DNA from: Myxococcota bacterium
Lineage (GTDB): Bacteria > Myxococcota_A > UBA796 > GCA-2862545
Assembly (NCBI GenBank): GCA_039208735.1
Contig: JBCCQY010000153.1
Coordinates: 1-22,634 of the forward strand
Direction of reading: 5' to 3'
Length of the DNA: 22,634 nucleotides
Position 1 is the stretch's first letter. Each line of letters begins with the position of its first letter. The translations under genes and the position numbers were made by a program. The notes under the pieces are model-generated. The model was given only the letters and a program-made list of their open reading frames with translations. It searched no databases and was not told the origin of the DNA. Positions 16,267-22,634 of this stretch are shown here, in pieces.

Positions 16267-17505
16267 TCAATCGCGGAAAGGATCCGAAAACCGGGGGTCG
16301 ACCAGGAGGGAGTCATCGGTGAGCGTCTCGAGGAACGCGACGAGGGCAGCCTTCTCATTGTTCGTCAGGTTGAGTCGCTGAGGCTCACCGCCGTCCCGCA
16401 GGCGGCCGTCAAGGTTTGGATGATCCTGGACGCCATTGTCGTAGTGCTCGATGACCTCGGCGAGCGTCTCCAGACGGCCGTCGTGCATGTAGGGCCCGGT
16501 CAGCGCGATGTTCCGCAGCGACGGCGACTTGAACTTTCCGTGGTCCTGGGGATTGCCCGTCACCTCACCGAGCCCCGGGTCCGTGGTGGTGGCATCGAGC
16601 CCGTTGTTTCGCGCCTGGTCCATGAAGAAGATGGCATCGTTGTTGCGGCCCCCACCCTGGTTCGCGGCATGGCAGATCGCGCAGTTTCCCCGACGACTGA
16701 AGAACAGCCGCTTGCCGAGGTTTTCCTCGGCCGTGAGGTTGGGGAAGTCGTCATCGACGTCGCCCGTCTGGGCAAATCCCTGATCGAAGGGCGTGGAATA
16801 CGACACGATCGAACGCACGAACTGGGCCAAGGCCCGAGAAATGCGATCGGTGGTCACCGCATCATCTCCGAACGCGTCGGCGAAGAGGCGCGGATAGTAC
16901 TCAAGAGCCTCGACGCGATCGACGAGTTCCCCAAGCGTCAGGCCCATCTCGACGGCGTCCTGGATGGGCAACAGCACCTGGACCTCAAACGACTCCGCCC
17001 GCTCGTCCCAGAAGGCGGCTTCGTTGTCATAGAGCATGGAGTTGGCCAGCCCCATGCTGTTGCGTCCCGTCAGACCGCCCTCGAAGCCTTCCGAAAACGC
17101 ATTCGGGTCGCTGAACCCCTCCGACTGCAGGTGGCAGCTCGCACATGCCACCGTTCGATTGGAGGAGAGGTTGACGTCGTAGAAGAGCACCCGCCCCAAT
17201 GTCACCCCAAGGTCGGTGGTGGGGTTGTCCGCGGGAGTGTTGTCGAAGGCCGCCACCACCTGGGCGCTGAAATGCGCAGGCCACGTCACGCTGTAGTCGT
17301 AGGCCGGACTCGGCAAATCCAGCACGTCGGTCACGGCGGCGGGGTAGTCGTCGACCGGATCGCCGGTTTTAGGGTCCGCCAGATCGGGGTCATCTGAGTC
17401 GTCGCCATCGACGTCGGAACCGTTGCGCTCTCTCGGCTCGTCGAGATCGTTCGAAGGGGCGTCACACGCTGCCAGCATCACGATCGGAAAGACGAAACTA
17501 CGCAT
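16267..17505 (-). CDS. Di-heme cytochrome c peroxidase/MauG-family lipoprotein
   Basis: Lipobox MRSFVFPIVMLAAC. Heme motifs CASCH and CAICH. FWDERA and FKSPSLRNIALTGPYMHDG. GGAGG RBS. Confidence 0.92.
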   Translation of the reverse strand: MRSFVFPIVMLAACDAPSNDLDEPRERNGSDVDGDDSDDPDLADPKTGDPVDDYPAAVTDVLDLPSPAYDYSVTWPAHFSAQVVAAFDNTPADNPTTDLGVTLGRVLFYDVNLSSNRTVACASCHLQSEGFSDPNAFSEGFEGGLTGRNSMGLANSMLYDNEAAFWDERAESFEVQVLLPIQDAVEMGLTLGELVDRVEALEYYPRLFADAFGDDAVTTDRISRALAQFVRSIVSYSTPFDQGFAQTGDVDDDFPNLTAEENLGKRLFFSRRGNCAICHAANQGGGRNNDAIFFMDQARNNGLDATTTDPGLGEVTGNPQDHGKFKSPSLRNIALTGPYMHDGRLETLAEVIEHYDNGVQDHPNLDGRLRDGGEPQRLNLTNNEKAALVAFLETLTDDSLLVDPRFSDPFRD

Positions 17506-17616
17506 CGGGAACCTCCGGGTCTACGAACATCGTGACGCTCGCAGAGGTGCACCACCGTGGCCGTTGCGTGAGCCATCGTCAGGCATCGTCAGAACGCAGA
17601 CTCGCGACGCCACAAA

Positions 17617-19821
17617 CTACGGAGCGACCGACCAGATGGCCGGGGCCATGGCGACCGAGGGCCCACCATCGACCGACGCAGCGAGCGGGCCAGTGGCGAA
17701 TCGACCGGCAAAGGTGGCAACGACAGGAACCGAGACCTCGATGACCTCACCCGGCTGGAACGGCGCAGTTCGGACTACGACTTCGTCGGCGAAACTGCGC
17801 ACGGTGGCCCGCGGAGGCGCCGAGACCGAAGGCACACGGACACCAGCCGGCAGCGGCTGGCGAACCTCGACCGAGGCCCCGGAAGGCGCCGCGATGGCCA
17901 CCCGCCATTCCCCGGCTCGGCCCACCTCGAGTCCGCGCAATTCGACATCCAAATCGACGCCAGGGATGCGGTCATTCGAGCGCCACGGCACATAGCTTCG
18001 GCGCGTGGCCACGACGACGACGCCCGGCGCAGGGGGCTCGGCGCCGATCGACAGGGTGGTGCCCGGCGACTCGGGGGTCAGCTCGAACCTTGCCGGCACG
18101 CGCGGTTGGGTCGGATCAAGTCTGGCGGAGCCAACCGTCTGGTCTCCACGCCGCAATGTCAACGCCACAGGGCCCTCTTGCGGAGGAAGCGCGCGGGCGA
18201 TCGCATCAAGGGCGACCCCGTTGGCCGCTCCTGCCCCGAACCCCTGGTCGGCCCGCCACATCCCAAGCAGGCTTGAAACCAGTTCACCGCCGAGATCGTC
18301 ATCGGCATCAAGCGCCAAGACCGCCCACGCGACGGCCTCCGCCGGAGAGGGTACGCCTCCCTGGGCGTTGTGGACCCCCTCCGGGAGCTTCACCAACCCC
18401 TCTTCGACCGCCTCGCGAATGCGCGTTTGGAGCGGCGGACGAGCATCTTCGGGAACGAGGTCCGCGGCGAGCACCACCGACGCGGTAAACGGGTCCTCGA
18501 TCGAACCAAGGCCCCGTTCGATGGCACCAGAGGCCCGCAGTCGGGCTCCGCGCTCATCCGTCGGCAACACTCGAGCCGCCACCGCGGTCTGAACCAACAC
18601 TTGCTGCAGCGTTGACCGCTCTGTACGCGACCACGTGCCATCCGTGCGCTGGGCATTCACGACCTGCCGAACCAGCCGAGGCTTCAACGCATCGACCAAT
18701 TCATCGCCCTGCACCTTGTCAAGCGCGGTGAGCAAGTCCGCCGCGAATCCATGGGACGGCGCCTGGGCCATTTGGGCAATCCGCTGCCACGCCTGCACGC
18801 GGAGCTGCTTTTGTCGAGCTTCATCGAAGGGGACCCCGGAGGCCTCGGCAAACCGGACCACGTGCGCGGACAAGGCAAACCCGTAGGCCGGATCGACGGG
18901 TCGGGCCCCGGCGGCCAAGCGTTCCACTTCGGCCTCGAGCACCGACCAGGGACCCCCAAACACCACCACGTCAATGCGCTCGGTCGTCGGGTCGGCCCCC
19001 GGAGGCGCGGTGAGGATGAACGGCGTAGGCGACAATCGACGCGACTGCGTCTGGACGACCGGCCGCCCTGTCGGCAACACGGTCAAGGTGCGTTCGGCGG
19101 CGTCGGCGTAGGGTCCGGCCTCGACCTCGGCGCGCAAGGTGGCCGATCCCGCGCCCCGCGCCACCAGTCGGATGCGTCGCACATCAGAGCCCCCCGCCGT
19201 CAACGCGACATCGGCCGTGCCAGACCCTGAAAGGGCCCCGTCCGAGGTGATGTCGACCGTGGCACGATGGGGTTCTGAAGTGCCATTGACGACCTGAACC
19301 GGCAGATCGATCCGATCCCCGGTGAAGAGTCGATCCGGCACGACGGGGTCCACATAGACGGGAAGCCGGGTTTGAAATCGATGGGTTGTTCCCGCCTGTT
19401 GGCCTTGGCGATCATGGGCCAAGGCCAACACCCGGAAGCCTGACAGCTGGTCCGGCACCCGTACATCGACCTCGGCGACTCCGTCGTCGCCCGTTTCGAC
19501 CAAGGGACGCCACAGAAAGGCTTCGGGAAACCAAGCTCGCGCCGGCGGCTCAGCCTGGCCTCCTTTCGCTCCATCGGCTGGGGGCGCAGACGCAGCTGGC
19601 GGACGGCGCGGAGCAAGCTTGTTGCTGATCGAAGAGGTGCTTTGGCCTAGTCCCCCTCCGCCTCCCAGCGGCTGAAGCGCCTCCAGATCTTCCTCAATCT
19701 CAGCCTCATTCGCCGCAGGCAGCGCCGCCATGTCGTACAACACTGCCTCGTCGGGCGCGGCGACCTGCGCCAGTTCGGGCGCTGAGTTCGAGCATCCGGT
19801 GGCAATGAGGAGCCAGCGCAT
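17617..19821 (-). CDS. Alpha-2-macroglobulin family protein, C-terminal half (734 aa; possible lipoprotein; no thioester)
   Basis: ATG 19821 overlaps the upstream TGA (TGATG) and has a GGAG RBS. RAWFPEAFLWRP...VRVPDQLSGFRVLALA, PDRLFTGDRIDLPVQVVN, helical QRTDGTW region, QPLPAG. Confidence 0.85.
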   Translation of the reverse strand: MRWLLIATGCSNSAPELAQVAAPDEAVLYDMAALPAANEAEIEEDLEALQPLGGGGGLGQSTSSISNKLAPRRPPAASAPPADGAKGGQAEPPARAWFPEAFLWRPLVETGDDGVAEVDVRVPDQLSGFRVLALAHDRQGQQAGTTHRFQTRLPVYVDPVVPDRLFTGDRIDLPVQVVNGTSEPHRATVDITSDGALSGSGTADVALTAGGSDVRRIRLVARGAGSATLRAEVEAGPYADAAERTLTVLPTGRPVVQTQSRRLSPTPFILTAPPGADPTTERIDVVVFGGPWSVLEAEVERLAAGARPVDPAYGFALSAHVVRFAEASGVPFDEARQKQLRVQAWQRIAQMAQAPSHGFAADLLTALDKVQGDELVDALKPRLVRQVVNAQRTDGTWSRTERSTLQQVLVQTAVAARVLPTDERGARLRASGAIERGLGSIEDPFTASVVLAADLVPEDARPPLQTRIREAVEEGLVKLPEGVHNAQGGVPSPAEAVAWAVLALDADDDLGGELVSSLLGMWRADQGFGAGAANGVALDAIARALPPQEGPVALTLRRGDQTVGSARLDPTQPRVPARFELTPESPGTTLSIGAEPPAPGVVVVATRRSYVPWRSNDRIPGVDLDVELRGLEVGRAGEWRVAIAAPSGASVEVRQPLPAGVRVPSVSAPPRATVRSFADEVVVRTAPFQPGEVIEVSVPVVATFAGRFATGPLAASVDGGPSVAMAPAIWSVAP

Positions 19822-22634
19822 CAGGGTCTCCCTTCGGTGTCGACGTAGGCAACCCAATTGACGACGTCCTCCGGCAGCCGGGTACCGTCGGAAGCGACTT
19901 GGCGAGGATCCACCTGACGCAACAGGACCTCGGGCAGGACGGCCAAGGTGAGAGGCCGGCCATAGCCATCCACGGCGGGGTCTCCTGCGGTCGCCAGCTC
20001 CTCGAGCGCCCGCGCCCAAAAGCGCACCATGCGTTCCGCAGTGAGCAGCTCATCGACGGGAGCGTCATCTTCCCAGGCCCGAACCAAATCCGTCGCTTTC
20101 TCGAGCGCCCGGTAAAAGCCAAACGTCATCGGGGTGTCGACGTCCGCCCGGAAATCCTGTCGGGTGGTCACAGGACGGTCGCCGGCCGGGTCGTTGGGCA
20201 AGGTCGCCACCCGGAGCACCGTCGCCATGGCCGCGTGCTCCCCTTCAACCTGACCCAGCGCCAACGCCACGGGGTCGAACAGCCCGAACGCTGGCGACGA
20301 CACTTCGGCCCGCACGGTCACCCGGCCGAGGTCCTGTGGTCCGGGCAGCGGAGCCAGCGTGGCCAAGGTTTCGTCCACCCCGGAAAGGCCCACCGCCGCC
20401 GCACGCGGGGCCCCCGAAGCCATTGTACGCACGCGCACCTTCGCGGTTTCACCGGGCCGATAGGTGGTGCGATCGGAATCGACGGCCACCTCAAGGGGGT
20501 TTTCGGACCGCACAAAGATGACCGTGCGAGCGCCGGCGAATTGGGTCTCCAAGAACCCGGTCACCTCCGCGGGGACCGTAAACCGCGCCCGATTGTCCGT
20601 GACCCGCGCTTTGCCGACCTCATGGGACCCTTGGCGCAGGTGGAGCCATGAAGGCAGTTCGCCAACGAAATCGGGACCCCGGAGGATCTCGACCGTGACT
20701 TCTTCGCCAGGGACCACGAGCGAGGGCGTGGCTCGCAAGCGCACATTGGGCAGCGTGCCCACCGGCAGTACCAAACGTCCCTCCCCGAGGGGGTTGGCCC
20801 CCGGGGTATCGGGGTCCGTGGCGGTTACCGACAGCGCGTATGCGGTCCGTGTGGTGGCCTGGGGCGGCGGACCATCATGGGTGCTCGGCACCTGAAGCAC
20901 CGCCGTCACGATACCCATGGCGTCCGTGCGCGCAGACTCGAGTAGATCCACGTCGTCGAGCGCCCGCCACAGACAACGTCGCGTCGAACGCGAAAGACCA
21001 GCCCGGTCCAACGGTTCTACGGCCGTGTCGACGTCGCTCCGGCCCGTGCGAACCGCCCAGTGGACCCGCGCCACCGAAGCCCCCGATTGACCACGACCGA
21101 ACGGGAAACAGCCTCGGGCCCGCAGGGCGGCGCGTTCAAATGCGGCCTGGGGCGAATTGCCGTAGGCCGGCTCGTGAAGCAGCCGAAGCCAGGGATGTTG
21201 GCTATCTGGCACCCGCCAATCGAGGGACAGGGTGCGAATGGGTCCTCGAGGCAACGCGAGTCGAGCCACCGCGCGGCCCACACAGTCGCCCAACGCGGTG
21301 GGCGGCGCCATCACCTCGGTGACGCGACCCCGCCGATCGGCGCGAAGGGCCACGGGAACGTTGGTGTCGCCCACCGTGTGCACCCCGCAGGCTGCGATGG
21401 CGGGAAACGCCTCGTCGAGCGCCCGGCGCAGAGCCAGATCCGGAACATCTCCGCCCCCAATCGAGATCCCATCGAGGCGAGGCGGATTTGGGGTGAGCGG
21501 CCGCTGTCGCACGGGCGGTGCGGGATCGACGACGGTGATGGGGTCGCCAGGGTCGATCTGCATGGCGATGACCCCGCTCGCATCGGCAACCGCCGTTCGA
21601 GGTTCGGTTGTCTCGGGGTCGTGGGGCTGCCGCACCGCGACGCGCGCACCGGGCAATGGTTGTCCGTCGGGCGTCGCTACCCTGATGTATACGCGGTTGT
21701 TGAAGCCCCCCACCACCCCATCCCCGAGTTCCGTCACCGCATCAAGCCGCAGCGATTCGGGCGACAGCACAGTGCGGGTGCGACCCCGGGCGGTTTCGCC
21801 CGCCGGCTCGGTGACGGCAACGTCAAGCGCCAGCCCCGTTCGGGCCATCAGGTCCACCGGTACGATGCCGTAGTCCACGGCAAAACGTCCATCGGCATCA
21901 GTGCGCAAGGGACGTTCATCCTCCCAGTCCACCGGCATCGGCCATTGACCCTCGGTCCGTGAGAGCCGAGCGCGGACCGTCGCATTCGCAACGGGGGCCC
22001 CAGAGGTGTAGGTGGCCCGGCCCGCAAACTCCAACCGATCGCCCCGACCAACCCAGGGCGTCGACGAATCCACGGTCACCCCGAGCCGGGGGAGGGAGAA
22101 CCGGCGCACCTCGAAAGTGGCGGTTTGTTCATCGTCACCGGATTGCCAATGCACCGACCACGTGCCCGTCTCTGCCGCTTCATCGAGCGGGAAGGTGCTG
22201 TCAGCGATGCCCCACGGTCCCGTGGCATCCTTTTCGACCATCATTTCGAGGCCACGCGGCGACGTCACGGTCCACTTTCCAGGACGTTCCTCAAGCGGCC
22301 GACGATCCGTTCGAGCGAGGACCGCCGCCCGAAACGCGACGACCTGCCCTGGCTTGTAGAGCGGCCGGTCCGTCATCAAATGGAGCAGAGCCGGGGTGTA
22401 GAGCGGCACCTCGAGATCGAGGGTTCGGGATTCGAAACGGGTGTCTACGTCGACGCGGAGGATGTAGTCGCCGTCTTGCAGCTCGGGGAGCGCGACCTCG
22501 GCAATGCGGTCACTGCCGTACCGCCGAAAGGTCCACCGGGGGACCTCCGCCATGGTGACCCCGGCCGCGTCGAGCAACGTCGCCGCCACCCGAACCCCGC
22601 GACGCAATTCCGCCGAGTAGGTGTCGGCAAATCG
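19821..22634 (-). CDS. Alpha-2-macroglobulin family protein, N-terminal half (MG2/MG3/bait-region domains), 5'-partial
   Basis: TDRPLYKPGQVVAFR, FEVRRFSLPRL, ATYTSGAPV, SDRTTYRPGETAKV...VGLSGVDETL. The frame stays open from 22607 to the window end (RFADTYSAEL). Confidence 0.85.
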   Translation of the reverse strand, partial: RFADTYSAELRRGVRVAATLLDAAGVTMAEVPRWTFRRYGSDRIAEVALPELQDGDYILRVDVDTRFESRTLDLEVPLYTPALLHLMTDRPLYKPGQVVAFRAAVLARTDRRPLEERPGKWTVTSPRGLEMMVEKDATGPWGIADSTFPLDEAAETGTWSVHWQSGDDEQTATFEVRRFSLPRLGVTVDSSTPWVGRGDRLEFAGRATYTSGAPVANATVRARLSRTEGQWPMPVDWEDERPLRTDADGRFAVDYGIVPVDLMARTGLALDVAVTEPAGETARGRTRTVLSPESLRLDAVTELGDGVVGGFNNRVYIRVATPDGQPLPGARVAVRQPHDPETTEPRTAVADASGVIAMQIDPGDPITVVDPAPPVRQRPLTPNPPRLDGISIGGGDVPDLALRRALDEAFPAIAACGVHTVGDTNVPVALRADRRGRVTEVMAPPTALGDCVGRAVARLALPRGPIRTLSLDWRVPDSQHPWLRLLHEPAYGNSPQAAFERAALRARGCFPFGRGQSGASVARVHWAVRTGRSDVDTAVEPLDRAGLSRSTRRCLWRALDDVDLLESARTDAMGIVTAVLQVPSTHDGPPPQATTRTAYALSVTATDPDTPGANPLGEGRLVLPVGTLPNVRLRATPSLVVPGEEVTVEILRGPDFVGELPSWLHLRQGSHEVGKARVTDNRARFTVPAEVTGFLETQFAGARTVIFVRSENPLEVAVDSDRTTYRPGETAKVRVRTMASGAPRAAAVGLSGVDETLATLAPLPGPQDLGRVTVRAEVSSPAFGLFDPVALALGQVEGEHAAMATVLRVATLPNDPAGDRPVTTRQDFRADVDTPMTFGFYRALEKATDLVRAWEDDAPVDELLTAERMVRFWARALEELATAGDPAVDGYGRPLTLAVLPEVLLRQVDPRQVASDGTRLPEDVVNWVAYVDTEGRP

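Noticed and set aside
16202..16270. N-terminal extension of LspA in the ORF track
   Set aside because: ATG 16201 has a proper RBS and gives a typical LspA N-terminus.
16261..17397. 378-aa plus-strand ORF
   Set aside because: Antisense shadow of the well-supported di-heme peroxidase gene.
19822..20019. 66-aa N-terminal extension of the A2M C-half ORF
   Set aside because: It overlaps the upstream gene out of frame; ATG 19821 has an RBS and stop-start coupling.
1..22634. CRISPR arrays, tRNA or rRNA genes
   Set aside because: No regularly spaced direct repeats or tRNA/rRNA signatures seen; nearly all sequence is explained by coding regions.

Overview
GC-rich bacterial DNA, probably Myxococcota-like judging from protein repertoire (inference). 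It has two parts. Left (1-~12,330) is an accessory island. It begins with the 3' end (domains V/VI) of a group II intron sitting inside a tyrosine recombinase gene, whose 3' exon begins at 52. Next come a convergent putative immunity gene and a 3,484-aa polymorphic toxin (signal peptide, SpvB-like, FG-GAP, YD/RHS, PT-TG-like, Hint, Ntox24-like RNase), and the island ends in decayed IS3-family sequence. The toxin's Hint domain spans 496 aa because it carries two ~50%-identical 125-aa modules, each with a lipobox-like LAAC. Right (12,365-22,634) is a co-oriented minus-strand cell-envelope cluster. It contains an alpha-2-macroglobulin split into two genes (no thioester; TonB-C/AgmX-like inserts), a di-heme CcP/MauG lipoprotein, lspA, a membrane pseudokinase, a thiopurine S-methyltransferase and a Cys/Asp-rich lipoprotein. 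All family calls come from motifs recognised by eye; no searches were run.
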